From Eubacteriales bacterium (lineage in GTDB: Bacteria; Bacillota; Clostridia; Oscillospirales; CAG-272), in NCBI GenBank assembly GCA_045649925.1, contig JAZRQS010000022.1, forward strand, positions 7,568 to 71,567: DNA of 64,000 nt. The letters are read 5' to 3'. The position numbers and the translations under genes are program-made. The notes below the pieces were generated by a model. The model was not told the DNA's origin and ran no database searches. It worked only from the letters and a program-made list of their open reading frames with translations. Position 1 is the first letter of the stretch. Every line of letters begins with the position of its first letter. Of the stretch, positions 53,528-64,000 are shown piece by piece.

Positions 53528-55924
53528 TCACTTCTTGTAAGGGACATCTACGGATGCAAATGTCGATACTCGCGCCGCCACGAAATCGGTATATCTCTGC
53601 TCCTCTGTCGCTATTCTGTAGGTCGCATTGCATATGCCCAAGACGAGCCAGAAAAGGAAGCATATACGATAGTTATACCACACATAGTCGGTCATTCCGT
53701 TAACGAGCAAAGCCGTCATAGAGCAGAATGAGGCAAGGCAAACGCCTCGCATACGCGACTGATTTGCCGCAAACTCGATAGAGTAACAGCTACGGTAGGT
53801 GTAAACCAGAACAAGCAGGAACAGTATAAGCGCAAATGCGCCAAGCTCAATTCCTATCTGCAAAAACAGGTTGTGAGAGTGGAGCGCACTTTCGGCTCCT
53901 ATAGATGCATATTCAAGATATGCCTCGGAGAATGCAGCGCTTCCGACGCCGACACCACCAAGCGCATGGTCGAAAAACAGGTGCAAGCTATCTCGCCATA
54001 CTGTCAGGCGATAGCTTATCGACGAGTCCACGCTATTTCCGAGGAATGAGAATATCGAGCTTATCCTCGACCACACCGACTCAGGCGCAAAGAGGAGCAG
54101 GTTTGGTATTCCTGCAAATATAGCGACCACGAGCTTTGGCGAGCGACGGAACAGGAACATGCCGAGCATAAGCAGACCGACACATATTCCTACCCAAGCG
54201 CCACGCGACCATGTGAGCACCAGCGCACCGATAAGGCAGAGCAGTGTCAAGGCATTGAAGATGTTCTTGCCACCGAAGCTACCACGCTCAAAGGTGTAAA
54301 CGAGCGCAAACGGAATTACGAGAATGAGGTATGATGCGAGCACATTGGGATTTTCAAACGAGCTTGTAACTCTGCCTGAAATATACTGGTAGGCGCTGGT
54401 GTCGAGCCAGTCAGCGACAACATATCCCGTACCTCCCTGAATTATTCCAAGCACAGCAACGATAAAGCTTGACACCACGAGCGCACGGACAACAGTGTCA
54501 ACTGTGCGCTTGTTTGTCATAAGGTTTGATACAAGGAAATAGACGGAAATAATGCAGAAGTAAGCGAGAGCGCTCTCGTAGGAGATGCTTCCCGTAGCAA
54601 AGGAGAAAATTCCTCCACCGAGGTAGAACATGCCGAACAAGAGAACGAACAGGTCGCTGGGACGGAAGCGGAAGCTTCGCTTTCCAAGCGCCAGCTTGCG
54701 AAGATATGAAATATAGCAAATAATTATCGCCGCGCAGAGCACTATAGTGGGGTGCTCAAACACGAACAAGAACGGCAAAAGGAATATGACGAGCGAAAGC
54801 CCGAATTCCGGCGTCGAGAGCACGAGAACGAAAAGCCCTGCCGATAACAGTATTACCGAAACTGTGACAGGTGATACCAAAAATCCCAAAAGTCCAAGCA
54901 CGACACCGAGAATTATTCCAAATCTCGCCTTGGCAGGCTTGACCTTGGTGTCTCCGCTTCTTCTCAAGCCGAAGAAATCGAACAATACTCCGCTGACGAT
55001 AAAGCTCCTTTCAAAGAATGCCACAAGCGACACTCTCGACAAGAGCAACGGCACCGACAAAGCGATCCACAGAATAGCGCACACGAGCGTGCCCGAATCT
55101 GTCGTGTAGGGCACCATAGGCAACTGTGCAGAAACGAAATACGAGAGCAACGAGAAAAGCCCGAATATAATGAGCGCAACTCCTGCCGCCCTTGCATCGC
55201 ACAGCTTCAAAAAAGTAGTCCACTTTTTCAGCCTTACGGCTATGCGATTTGTGTAGAGGAAGTCGGAGAGGCGATTTGCCATTCTCTCAGCGTCTGTTAT
55301 CTTTTGTGCGCCCTCTACTGTTTTTGTGGTATATCGCTCGCCTTCGTCAAGGAAAAATCTTCCTATCAAGGTCGCCTTTCTGCGATTGAGCGCACGCTTT
55401 TTACGGAGCTCGCTCTTTTTACGGCGCACAGCCATTTTGTCGCGCACGCTCTCGACTCGGCGCTTTTCTCTTTTCGAGTTTACCACCTCTGTCGCACGCA
55501 CCAAAACCTTTGGCTTCTCGTGAGCTTGTGCAGATGCGCCAATGTCGGCAATACTCCTCGCCGCCTTCTTTTTCTTGGGTGGAGGATTTGTGCCCTTCTC
55601 CGAATAATACGGCGAATTCGAGTGCAAGCCCGACGAGTGAGGATGCGCTTGCGGCGCTTTGGGCGCCCCACCCTCTGCCCTTTTCTGCTTTTCAATTTCA
55701 GAGAGCAGGGTTTTCGGGAGCTCTACTGTTATGTCGGTTTCTCTGTCATAGTTTGAATAAGCGTGGGGGGAACGAGTGGGCTGCATATGAGCGCTCTGCG
55801 AGGGCTTTTTGTATTGTGAGGTCGATGCCTTTGATGAGCTTCGCTTCTGGGTGTCGGCACTCGCGCGATTTTCCTTTAGCTCAGACTTGATGTTAGAATA
55901 TTTGCTTCTATTCTCGTCAGCCAT
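53528..55924 (-). CDS. O-antigen ligase (Wzy_C) family membrane protein with long basic N-terminal extension
   Basis: About 798 aa. More than 10 TM segments. ...SALHSHNLFLQIGIELGAFALILFLLVL motif. N-terminal ~230 aa are K/R/S/P-rich. Start ATG 55924 or GTG 55930 overlaps the trmD stop. Confidence 0.75.
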   Translation of the reverse strand: MADENRSKYSNIKSELKENRASADTQKRSSSKASTSQYKKPSQSAHMQPTRSPHAYSNYDRETDITVELPKTLLSEIEKQKRAEGGAPKAPQAHPHSSGLHSNSPYYSEKGTNPPPKKKKAARSIADIGASAQAHEKPKVLVRATEVVNSKREKRRVESVRDKMAVRRKKSELRKKRALNRRKATLIGRFFLDEGERYTTKTVEGAQKITDAERMANRLSDFLYTNRIAVRLKKWTTFLKLCDARAAGVALIIFGLFSLLSYFVSAQLPMVPYTTDSGTLVCAILWIALSVPLLLSRVSLVAFFERSFIVSGVLFDFFGLRRSGDTKVKPAKARFGIILGVVLGLLGFLVSPVTVSVILLSAGLFVLVLSTPEFGLSLVIFLLPFLFVFEHPTIVLCAAIIICYISYLRKLALGKRSFRFRPSDLFVLLFGMFYLGGGIFSFATGSISYESALAYFCIISVYFLVSNLMTNKRTVDTVVRALVVSSFIVAVLGIIQGGTGYVVADWLDTSAYQYISGRVTSSFENPNVLASYLILVIPFALVYTFERGSFGGKNIFNALTLLCLIGALVLTWSRGAWVGICVGLLMLGMFLFRRSPKLVVAIFAGIPNLLLFAPESVWSRISSIFSFLGNSVDSSISYRLTVWRDSLHLFFDHALGGVGVGSAAFSEAYLEYASIGAESALHSHNLFLQIGIELGAFALILFLLVLVYTYRSCYSIEFAANQSRMRGVCLASFCSMTALLVNGMTDYVWYNYRICFLFWLVLGICNATYRIATEEQRYTDFVAARVSTFASVDVPYKK

Positions 55925-56672
55925 TTTCACCGCTCTCCTTTCTTCTCTTTCGTTTTTTCACGACGGGCGGGTGCAATTCAAGATACCTCTCTAGCATCTC
56001 GGGACGGCGCTCGCCTGTCAGGGCAAGCGACTCTTCAAGTCGCCATTTCTCTATGTTTTCGTGATGCCCCGATATAAGCACATCGGGTATCTTTTTGCCA
56101 TGAAACTCGTAGGGGCGAGTGTACTGAGGGTATTCGAGCAGTCCTGTCGCAATGCTCTCCCGCTCGTGACATTCGGGGGAGGACAGCACTCCGTCAAGCA
56201 GTCTGCCCACACAGTCGACGAGTATGCAGGCGGGCAATTCTCCGCCCGTCAGCACATAGTCGCCTATGGAGATTTCCTCGTCAATTATCTCGTCTATAAC
56301 TCTCTGGTCTACTCCCTCGTAGTGTCCGCAGAGAATAATGATATTGTCGTATTGCTTAAGCTGTTGCGCCTTTTCTTGTGTCAAGACACTTCCCTTTGGT
56401 GACATATATACGGTGTGAACAGACTTGTATTTGTTGCCGTTTTTCTCTCTTACTCCTGCATAGCAATTGTATATAGGGGGCGCAGCCATTACCATTCCCA
56501 TGCCACCACCATATGGGGTGTCGTCAACATTTCTATGCTTGTTTTCCGAATAGTCGCGGATATTGTGGCACTCGACCTCAAGCAATTCCGACCTCTGCGC
56601 TCTGCCTATAATGCTCTCTGCGAGCACGCTATGTACCATTTCGGGAAACAGCGTCATTATATCAAACTTCAT
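55917..56672 (-). CDS. trmD: tRNA (guanine37-N1)-methyltransferase
   Basis: 251 aa. DDTPYGGGMGMVM, ILCGHYEGVDQRV, GDYVLTGGELPA. Confidence 0.9.
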   Translation of the reverse strand: MKFDIMTLFPEMVHSVLAESIIGRAQRSELLEVECHNIRDYSENKHRNVDDTPYGGGMGMVMAAPPIYNCYAGVREKNGNKYKSVHTVYMSPKGSVLTQEKAQQLKQYDNIIILCGHYEGVDQRVIDEIIDEEISIGDYVLTGGELPACILVDCVGRLLDGVLSSPECHERESIATGLLEYPQYTRPYEFHGKKIPDVLISGHHENIEKWRLEESLALTGERRPEMLERYLELHPPVVKKRKRRKESGENG

Positions 56673-57177
56673 CGAAAAATCCCGATATAGGACAGATGAA
56701 TATCCCTCTGTCTACATCGACCTCCTTGACAAATTCAGGTATTGCGGGATAAAGCACATCTCCTCGCTCCGTCTTTATGGTGTAAAGAGGAGTTTTTCTG
56801 CCCATATCCACAGCGCTTATAGTGCCATAGAGCTTTTTTGTGTCGGCATCATAGACGGGCAAATCGATAAGGTCGGCGATAAAATAGTCGCCCTCTGCCA
56901 AAGGTATATCCTCACGGTGAGCATACACCACCTGCCCCTTATACAAGCGGGCGCTGTCGACATCATCTATTCCGACAAAGGAAATAAGCACCAGATTTAC
57001 AGCGACCGACGCCGTCTTTACCTTCAGCTCACGATAAGAGCCGTCCTTTTGCAAGACAAACATGCGCGAAAGAGATGCCGCCACGCGTGGAGTGTCGCAC
57101 CATGGGTCGAGCTTGAATACGCCTCGCACACCATGTGTGTTTATGAGCTTTCCGATTTCAAGAAATTCCTTTTTCAT
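56662..57177 (-). CDS. rimM: 16S rRNA processing protein RimM
   Basis: 171 aa. IGKLINTHGVRGVFKL N-terminus and PRC-barrel C-terminus. Overlaps the trmD start. Confidence 0.85.
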   Translation of the reverse strand: MKKEFLEIGKLINTHGVRGVFKLDPWCDTPRVAASLSRMFVLQKDGSYRELKVKTASVAVNLVLISFVGIDDVDSARLYKGQVVYAHREDIPLAEGDYFIADLIDLPVYDADTKKLYGTISAVDMGRKTPLYTIKTERGDVLYPAIPEFVKEVDVDRGIFICPISGFFDEV

Positions 57178-57328
57178 ACTGCATCCTCTCGCAAAATCAC
57201 ATTTATCATAGCTTGACGAGGCGCTACAGCCGTCGCCCTATATAGCTTTCCCATATAACTTTATATAATAATTTTTATCAAACATATTATGCCATACACA
57301 GTTATTTTATCACAACATGGGCGTTATG

Positions 57329-58426
57329 TCAAGTATTCACAAGGCTCGTGTAGAGCGAGGCATAGCTGCGTGCCATTGAGGAAAGCGAAAATTCATCTTC
57401 ATATCTCTTCCGACACCTCTCGCCAAGCGCCCTTCTCTCACTCTCGTTTTCTATAAGACGGCAGAGAGCGTGTGCAAGTGACGAGGGCTCGCCGACAGAA
57501 AAAGAGACACCGCAACCCTCTGTCATATATGCGTTTCCCTCAATGTCGCTTGCGACTATGGGTATGCCGAGCGACATCATCTCGGATATGGCGAGCGAGG
57601 AGGTCTCCGAGCCGAGAGAGGAATTTACCCCCAAGTCAAAAATATTCATATACTCCCACGCCCTGTCGCTATAGCCGCAAAGCCTCACCCTGTCGTCTAT
57701 GCCGAGCGCATGCGAAAGCCCCTGCAGGCGCTTTTTTTCACTGCCGTCGCCCACTATGACGAGGTAAAGATTTTTTGCGCATTCCTTGCCCATGCAAAGC
57801 GATGCGCCACGGAGAAAAATATCGCACCCCTTTATCCATTCAAGCCTGCCCACAAAGCCTGCAACTATAGCATCTGACGGCAGTCCGAGGCGGGCACGAA
57901 TTTGTAATCTTTCGTTTACATTAAGGCGCTTTTGCTCTGCACTCCCGTTTGGTATAAAAGCACATTTCGCTCTGTGCTTTTCACACATTTTTCCGAGCAT
58001 TGCGGGAGAGGTAGCGACTGTAAAATCCGTAATCGAATTGTAAAGTGTAGTTTTCATTTTTGTGTCGCAATGACGAGTGTTTACTGCCGTCGCTCCCACA
58101 AGGCGTGCCGCTATTCTGCCGAATGCCGCACCATGTGTGTGTACTATGTCGGGGCGAGTGTGGCGTATGTGTCGCCACACCTCGTATGCGCCCTTGACGG
58201 AAAACGAGCACTCGCCGACGAAATCCCCCTCGACAACCTGCGCACCCGTCTGGCGAAGGCGTGGCAACAATTCAGAGGAGCGAGGTGCTATGACATCAAG
58301 CGAAAACCTTTCCCTGTCAAGAGAGTCAAGCAGGCTGCACAAAAGCACGCCTGCGCCTCCTATTTTCAGGTCGGAAATGACATGGCAGATGCGGATTTTT
58401 TCATTTTCTGTAATTTTGTTATGCAT
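57329..58426 (-). CDS. glycosyltransferase family 4 (GT-B)
   Basis: 365 aa. C-terminal E-x7-E region (SLGSETSSLAISEMMSLGIPIVASD). Confidence 0.85.
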   Translation of the reverse strand: MHNKITENEKIRICHVISDLKIGGAGVLLCSLLDSLDRERFSLDVIAPRSSELLPRLRQTGAQVVEGDFVGECSFSVKGAYEVWRHIRHTRPDIVHTHGAAFGRIAARLVGATAVNTRHCDTKMKTTLYNSITDFTVATSPAMLGKMCEKHRAKCAFIPNGSAEQKRLNVNERLQIRARLGLPSDAIVAGFVGRLEWIKGCDIFLRGASLCMGKECAKNLYLVIVGDGSEKKRLQGLSHALGIDDRVRLCGYSDRAWEYMNIFDLGVNSSLGSETSSLAISEMMSLGIPIVASDIEGNAYMTEGCGVSFSVGEPSSLAHALCRLIENESERRALGERCRKRYEDEFSLSSMARSYASLYTSLVNT

Positions 58427-58506
58427 TTTTCCTCACACGCGATTGCAAAAAGGCGTTTTGCGAGCCTCGCAAAAAAATATTGCCACCCGAAAGAGTGGCA
58501 ATAATA

Positions 58507-58959
58507 TTATTTTCTTTTCTTTTTGAAATATTCCGAAAGCATTGATGCACATTCCTGCTCAAGCACGCCTGCGCTCAGCTCGGTTCTGTGGTTGAGGGGA
58601 TAGGAATTGAGATCGAAAAGCGTACCGAATGCGCCTGCGCGTCGGTCGTATGCGCCAAAGACAACTCGGTCAATGCGTGAGTTTATTATAGCACCTGCGC
58701 ACATCGGGCAGGGCTCAAGCGTGACATAGAGCGTGCATTCGGGCAGTCGCCAGCCACCGAGCCTTTTGCAAGCTCCCTCAATGGCGAGTATCTCTGCATG
58801 GTGGGTAGCGCATTTTGAGCTCTCACGGGTGTTGTACGCCTCGGAGATTATCTCGCCCTTGTGCACTATCAGTGCGCCGACAGGCACCTCGTCAAGCTCG
58901 CGCGCCATTTCTGCGAGCTCTATCGCCCTTTTCATATACAAAATATCTTTGTTTTCCAT
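58507..58959 (-). CDS. tadA: tRNA adenosine(34) deaminase
   Basis: 150 aa. HAEILAI and TLEPCPMCAGA zinc motifs. Confidence 0.9.
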   Translation of the reverse strand: MENKDILYMKRAIELAEMARELDEVPVGALIVHKGEIISEAYNTRESSKCATHHAEILAIEGACKRLGGWRLPECTLYVTLEPCPMCAGAIINSRIDRVVFGAYDRRAGAFGTLFDLNSYPLNHRTELSAGVLEQECASMLSEYFKKKRK

Positions 58960-58975
58960 AAAGCAAGACCACCTT

Positions 58976-59764
58976 TCAGACTGCGCTGACTACCATAATC
59001 ACCATATACAAAAGCGCCAGAGAGCCGACCGTCGCCGAGAGCATTGCGGGCGCGCTCTTGTCGAGAAGAACATTCTGCAAGCGATGCAGGATACCATTTT
59101 TCTTGCACATTGCAATGCCGACAAGCGACAAAAGCATCATAAGGCAGACGAATATAAGACCTTCCCTCTCGTCTGAAAAATACAGCATTGCCGAGCAGAG
59201 ATTGTTTAACGCATGGAAGACAACTGCGCTCATAACCGAGCGGGAAGCAAGGGTTATTGCGCCAAGCGCAATTCCTGCGACAAAGGCGTACGGCATCTGA
59301 TAGAAATTTCCGTGCATCAAGGCGAAAAGGAGTGCGCTGACAACGACAGCTCCCTGTGTGCCGTATGGCGAGAGCAGGCGTAAAATCGCATATCGGCAAA
59401 GCGCCTCCTCGTATATGGCAGGTAATATGATCGAGAAAGCTATTATCTCAAGGGCGCTGCCTGTGGGGACAACAGGCGACGGGATGTAGCCTACCAAATC
59501 CGAGGCAAAGCCTGTCGCAAGCGAGGCGAGCACTATAGCAATTTCAAAAAGCGGAAAAAGCCACAAAAACGGAAGCACTCCCCTGAAATCTGTTCGGAGC
59601 TCTGCCTTTGGAGCTTCCTTGACGAACGGCAAGCAAAACAAAAAAAGAGGCAAAGCAAAGGTAAGAGAAACATATACACGGCTATAAGGCAAGACGGAAA
59701 GCGCATACGAAAGAAAAAGCTGTGCAAACAAAAACAGCGATGCAATATTTATAGCTCTTTTCAT
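58976..59764 (-). CDS. CPBP family intramembrane glutamic endopeptidase
   Basis: 262 aa. [20 protein letters not shown] motifs. Confidence 0.8.
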   Translation of the reverse strand: MKRAINIASLFLFAQLFLSYALSVLPYSRVYVSLTFALPLFLFCLPFVKEAPKAELRTDFRGVLPFLWLFPLFEIAIVLASLATGFASDLVGYIPSPVVPTGSALEIIAFSIILPAIYEEALCRYAILRLLSPYGTQGAVVVSALLFALMHGNFYQMPYAFVAGIALGAITLASRSVMSAVVFHALNNLCSAMLYFSDEREGLIFVCLMMLLSLVGIAMCKKNGILHRLQNVLLDKSAPAMLSATVGSLALLYMVIMVVSAV

Positions 59765-59865
59765 GCTTTTCCCCCTATCAGCCTGCCGTTTTCACATTCA
59801 GGCGTGTCCTTACGCTAATATTATAGAGAAATCCCACCCGAAAGTCAACAAAAAAGCTAAAATTC

Positions 59866-59894
59866 TTGACAATTGCAAAATGATAATATATAAT
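59866..59894 (+). promoter_or_regulatory. sigma70-like promoter of fhs
   Basis: TTGACA-17 nt-TATAAT. Confidence 0.55.
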
Positions 59895-59966
59895 ATTATC
59901 ATGCGAGCCGACAAAGCAGTCGGACATGGCAAAAAAGAAAATTTATACTATCCGGAGGAACGGAAA

Positions 59967-61634
59967 ATGACAGATATAGAAATTGCGCAGTCCTGTAAAA
60001 TGAAGCCCATTACGGAGATAGCGAAGAGAGCGGGCATAGCTGACGAATACCTTGAGCAGTACGGAAAGTACAAGGCAAAGGTGGACCTTTCCATTATGGA
60101 AAATGTCAAAAAGCCTGACGGCAAGCTCGTGCTTGTCACCGCTATAAACCCCACACCCGCAGGCGAGGGAAAGACAACTACGACAATAGGTCTTGCCGAC
60201 GGACTTGCCAAGATAGGAAAGAACTGCGTGGTAGCTCTCCGTGAGCCTTCGCTCGGCCCTGTGTTTGGCGTAAAGGGTGGCGCAGCAGGTGGCGGATATG
60301 CACAGGTCGTGCCCATGGAGGACATCAACCTCCACTTCACAGGCGACTTTCACGCCATAGGCGCAGCGAATAATCTTCTTGCGGCTATGCTCGACAACCA
60401 CATATATCAGGGAAACTCTCTCAATATCGACCCTCGCCGTATCACTTGGAAGAGATGCGTTGATATGAACGACAGACAGCGCCGCTTTGTCACAGACGGA
60501 CTTGGCGGACGCGTAAACGGCGTACCGAGAGAGGACGGATATGACATAACCGTCGCATCAGAGATAATGGCGGTGCTCTGCCTCTCCTCGTCTATTGCAG
60601 ACCTCAAAGAAAGACTTTCAAAGATTATAGTAGGCTACACCTATGACGAGAAGCCCGTAACGGCAGGCGACCTGAAGGCGACAGGAGCTATGGCGGCATT
60701 GCTCTGCGATGCTATAAAGCCTAACCTCGTGCAGTCGCTTGAGGGTACTCCTGCACTCGTTCATGGTGGTCCCTTCGCCAATATCGCTCACGGCTGTAAC
60801 TCCGTTACGGCTACCAAGCTCGCAATGAAGCTGGGCGATTACGCTATCACAGAGGCTGGCTTTGGCGCTGACCTCGGAGCTGAAAAGTTCCTCGACATCA
60901 AGTGCCGTATGGCAGGGCTCACCCCATCTGCTGTAGTCCTTGTCGCTACCATAAGAGCACTCAAGATGCATGGTGGGCTCCCCAAGACCGAGCTTAACAC
61001 AGAGGACTGCGAGGCAGTAGAGCGCGGACTTCCCAACCTTTTGCGCCACCTCGCAAATATAAAGAACGTCTACGGACTTCCTGCCGTAGTGGCACTCAAC
61101 AAGTTCCCCACCGACACAGATGCCGAGGTAAAGACGGTAATGGAAAAATGCCGTGCTCTCGGTGTAAATGTGTGCCTCTCTGACGTATGGGCAAAGGGCG
61201 GCGACGGCGGTGTCGAGCTCGCTCGCGAGGTAGTTCGTCTCTGCGAGGAGGAAAAGGGAGACTTCCGTTTCGCATACGATGAAAATGCTACCATTGAGGA
61301 AAAAACAGAGGCCATCGTAAAGAAGATATACGGAGGCGACGGAGTTATATTCACTCCTCAGGCGAAGAAGCAGATAGCGTCTCTCGTCGCTCTCGGACTT
61401 GACAAAATGCCTGTTTGTATGGCAAAGACACAATACAGCTTCTCCGACGATATGACCAAGCTCGGCGCACCCGAAGGCTTTACAGTTACTGTGCGCAATG
61501 TAAAGGTGAGCGCAGGAGCAGGCTTTATCGTAGCCTTGACAGGAGATATTATGACTATGCCGGGACTTCCCAAGTCCCCTGCCGCAGAGCGCATTGATGT
61601 GACTGACGACGGCAAGATTTTGGGCTTGTTCTGA
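59967..61634 (+). CDS. fhs: formate--tetrahydrofolate ligase
   Basis: Start at Met 69 (GGAGGA RBS). MTDIEIAQ..., [16 protein letters not shown]-loop, full-length pattern. Confidence 0.95.
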   Translation: MTDIEIAQSCKMKPITEIAKRAGIADEYLEQYGKYKAKVDLSIMENVKKPDGKLVLVTAINPTPAGEGKTTTTIGLADGLAKIGKNCVVALREPSLGPVFGVKGGAAGGGYAQVVPMEDINLHFTGDFHAIGAANNLLAAMLDNHIYQGNSLNIDPRRITWKRCVDMNDRQRRFVTDGLGGRVNGVPREDGYDITVASEIMAVLCLSSSIADLKERLSKIIVGYTYDEKPVTAGDLKATGAMAALLCDAIKPNLVQSLEGTPALVHGGPFANIAHGCNSVTATKLAMKLGDYAITEAGFGADLGAEKFLDIKCRMAGLTPSAVVLVATIRALKMHGGLPKTELNTEDCEAVERGLPNLLRHLANIKNVYGLPAVVALNKFPTDTDAEVKTVMEKCRALGVNVCLSDVWAKGGDGGVELAREVVRLCEEEKGDFRFAYDENATIEEKTEAIVKKIYGGDGVIFTPQAKKQIASLVALGLDKMPVCMAKTQYSFSDDMTKLGAPEGFTVTVRNVKVSAGAGFIVALTGDIMTMPGLPKSPAAERIDVTDDGKILGLF

Positions 61635-61768
61635 TATACGCGACTGCTATGAGGGCGCAAATGCGCCCTCATAATGCATGTTTGCCACAGTAAACAATAC
61701 TTTACAAAAGCACTGTTCGGCGTGCTTATAGCTCTGCAGTGAAAAAGCAAAGACTTGATAGGATTTTT

Positions 61769-63133
61769 ATGACCAACGGTATTGAAAAAAGCTTTTACAA
61801 AACGGCGCTTGCTCTTGCGCTCCCCATAGCTTTGCAAAACCTGCTGGTTTCCTGCGCCGCACTCATAGACACATCTATGGTAATGACGCTTGGAAATGCG
61901 GCGACGAGTGCGATGGGAATAGCGGGGCGATTTGCCTTTCTCTTAAATGTCGTTACCTTTGGTGTCTGCTCCGGCGCAGGCACAATGATAGCGCAATACT
62001 GGGGTGCGCGTGAGCACGCCTCTATAAAAAAGGTGTACGGCATCAGCCTCACCTTCGCCATGGCGATAGCATTCTTGTTCGCTATGGTCTTTTTCGTGTT
62101 CCCCGTATCGCTTATGCATATCTTCAACTCGACTGACGAGGCAGTTATCTCGGCAGGCGCAGACTACATAAGGTACTACAGCTTTGCGATAATATTTATT
62201 ATGTTCTCGCAGGTAAGCTGTGCTTCTCTGCGTGCCACCGAGGCAGTTATACTCCCACTCGTTTCATCGGGTGTGTCGGTGTGCGTCAACACTTTTCTCA
62301 ACTATTGCCTCATAAACGGAAACCTCGGCTTCCCCCGACTTGAAATGAAGGGGGCGGCTATCGCCACCTTGATAGGCGCTTTCGTTCAGGCTCTCATCGT
62401 TTTGTGCTATATACTCTTTACCGACAACGCCCTGCACGGACGGCTTCGTGAGATTTTCGGCTATTCGAGGGATTTCGTCTCCAAGTTTGTCAAGCTGGGT
62501 GCGCCTGTGCTTGCAAACGAGACAGTATGGGCAATAGGCACAAACATTTACATTATGGTAATCGCGCGTCAGGGCACGGAAAACCACGCAGGCTATACAG
62601 TCTACGACACCTTTCAGCAGGTGTTCTTCGTATTCTTCGTAGGAATATGCAATGCGAGTGCGATAATGGTAGGAAAATATGTGGGCGAGGGCAGACGCGA
62701 TGCGGCATTTTTGGCGGCAAAGCGCTTTCTCGTCATTACCCCTGTCGCTGGCGTTATCATAGGTGCGGCGATGATACTTCTGCGCACTCCCATACTCTCG
62801 CTTCTGCCTATCGAGACCGAGGGCGCCTTCAAGGTAGCGTTCACACTTCTGTTCAACTACGGCTTGTGGCTACCCATCAAGATGATATCCTACACCTGCA
62901 TTTGTGGAATTTTCCGAGCAGGTGGAGATACTGTGACAGGCTTTGTCATAGACGCTATATCCCTGTATGGCGTCGGCATACCTGCAGTGCTTATATTAGG
63001 TTTTTTCACAAGCATACCCTTTGCCACACTGATATTTATCATGTATGTAGCAGAGGATGTGCCAAAAACCATTCTCACAGTAAGATATTTCCTTACAGGC
63101 AAGTGGATAAGGAGCATTACTTCAAAGTCATAG
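61769..63133 (+). CDS. MATE family efflux transporter
   Basis: 12-TM profile, ALPIALQNLL N-terminal motif. ATG 61769 (AGGAT RBS) preferred over GTG 61739. Confidence 0.85.
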   Translation: MTNGIEKSFYKTALALALPIALQNLLVSCAALIDTSMVMTLGNAATSAMGIAGRFAFLLNVVTFGVCSGAGTMIAQYWGAREHASIKKVYGISLTFAMAIAFLFAMVFFVFPVSLMHIFNSTDEAVISAGADYIRYYSFAIIFIMFSQVSCASLRATEAVILPLVSSGVSVCVNTFLNYCLINGNLGFPRLEMKGAAIATLIGAFVQALIVLCYILFTDNALHGRLREIFGYSRDFVSKFVKLGAPVLANETVWAIGTNIYIMVIARQGTENHAGYTVYDTFQQVFFVFFVGICNASAIMVGKYVGEGRRDAAFLAAKRFLVITPVAGVIIGAAMILLRTPILSLLPIETEGAFKVAFTLLFNYGLWLPIKMISYTCICGIFRAGGDTVTGFVIDAISLYGVGIPAVLILGFFTSIPFATLIFIMYVAEDVPKTILTVRYFLTGKWIRSITSKS

Positions 63134-63174
63134 TCCCCACGCATTGCAAAGTTTAGTTTACAAAAGGAGAGCAA

Positions 63175-63915
63175 ATGAAAAAGTTCAACTGCGCCGAGAT
63201 AGAAGCAAAGCTCGGATACACCTTTAAAAACAAGGCACTTCTCAAGCAGGCCTTTACTCGCGAGTCCTACTGCAACGAGCTTCGTGCCGTAGGAGTGGAC
63301 TCGCACAGCAACGAGGTGCTTGAATTTTGCGGAGACAGTGTGCTTGGTGCGTGTGTCATCACGATACTGATGGAAAAATACTCTACCTTTGGCGAGGGCG
63401 GAATGAAGAGCGAGCTCGGCGAGGGTAGCTTTTCAAATGTAAAGAGCCGACTCTCCGACAAGAGAATGCTCTCCGAGCGCATACGCGAGCTTGGACTCTA
63501 CGAATATCTGCTCTTAAACCGAGGCGACGAAAAAATGAATATCTCAACACAGCCCTCCGTTATGGAGGACCTCTTTGAGAGCATTATAGGCGCCGTCTAT
63601 TTTGACAGCGGAAAGGACATTTCCCTCGTCATTTCCATCATAAGCCGTATGCTTGATGTGGATAAGTACCTTGAGAAAAACGACGCCGCCGATATGAAGA
63701 GCAGTAAAAATCTCTTGCAGGAATGGTGTCAGGACAAAAAGCTCGAGCGCCCCGTCTACGAGGTCGTAGGCGAAAGCGGACCTGACCACGAAAAGCTATA
63801 CACCGTAGTCTGCAAAATTGAAGGCAAGAGCTACGAAACAGGCGTCGGCAAAAACAAAAAGGCGGCGGAAAGTGACGCCGCGGCAAAGACCTTTGCCACC
63901 TTGAACAAGAAATAA
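63175..63915 (+). CDS. rnc: ribonuclease III
   Basis: 246 aa. NEVLEFCGDSVLG signature and C-terminal dsRBD (KNLLQEWCQ...GKNKKAAESDAA). Confidence 0.9.
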   Translation: MKKFNCAEIEAKLGYTFKNKALLKQAFTRESYCNELRAVGVDSHSNEVLEFCGDSVLGACVITILMEKYSTFGEGGMKSELGEGSFSNVKSRLSDKRMLSERIRELGLYEYLLLNRGDEKMNISTQPSVMEDLFESIIGAVYFDSGKDISLVISIISRMLDVDKYLEKNDAADMKSSKNLLQEWCQDKKLERPVYEVVGESGPDHEKLYTVVCKIEGKSYETGVGKNKKAAESDAAAKTFATLNKK

Positions 63916-63979
63916 CACGCTCACCAAAGTGGATTCTAAAAACATAACACGAAACAACACAACAAAAAGGAGAAACGCC

Positions 63980-64000
63980 ATGTCAGTTGCCATTATCACA
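63980..64000 (+). CDS. start of an unidentified CDS (7 codons in window)
   Basis: AAGGAG RBS 8 nt before ATG. MSVAIIT... runs off the window. Confidence 0.3.

Noticed and set aside
59895-59966. THF riboswitch upstream of fhs
   Set aside because: The leader is about 70 nt with one small hairpin. It is too short and lacks the THF aptamer consensus.

Overview
This 64 kb chromosomal segment looks like an endospore-forming Firmicute of Clostridia type. The taxon call rests on spoVAC-spoVAD-spoVAEB, an L-box lysine riboswitch, AGGAGG-type RBSs and lipobox lipoproteins; the species cannot be told from the sequence alone. About 60 tightly packed protein genes are present, mostly housekeeping. They include dapA-dapB-lysA behind a lysine riboswitch, methyl-cycle and folate genes (luxS-mtnN, metF plus a split metH, fhs), and uvrC, rsmD-coaD, ptsH, rimM-trmD, tadA, rnc, rnhA, pyrR, birA and purC. 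Five parts look accessory. (1) A glycoside locus at the left edge holds AraC, a GPH symporter, GH2, a TIM-barrel isomerase and a Gfo/Idh/MocA gene cut by the window. (2) A tRNA-Leu(CAG) neighbourhood carries a duplicated terminator/tRNA-end module and an AT-rich four-helix-bundle gene (23S-IVS-protein / Avd-like) bracketed by heptanucleotide arrays. (3) A run of poorly characterised enzymes follows: C_GCAxxG_C_C, creatininase family, acyltransferase-like, DUF4838-like, arylamine NAT and a creatininase remnant. (4) A five-gene ABC / ABC-2 permease / GldG / GldG / DUF4340 envelope operon is followed by two trigger-factor-like lipoproteins. (5) An AraC regulator sits next to two long Gfo/Idh/MocA paralogues. 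I found no CRISPR array, transposase, integrase, restriction-modification, toxin-antitoxin or recognisable phage-defence gene. Nothing here can be shown from sequence alone to be a new system. The most unusual item is the four-helix-bundle cassette that appears to be co-transcribed with tRNA-Leu. Family names come from motif recognition in the translations, not from database searches. Coordinates of small features I derived by hand may be off by 1-2 nt.
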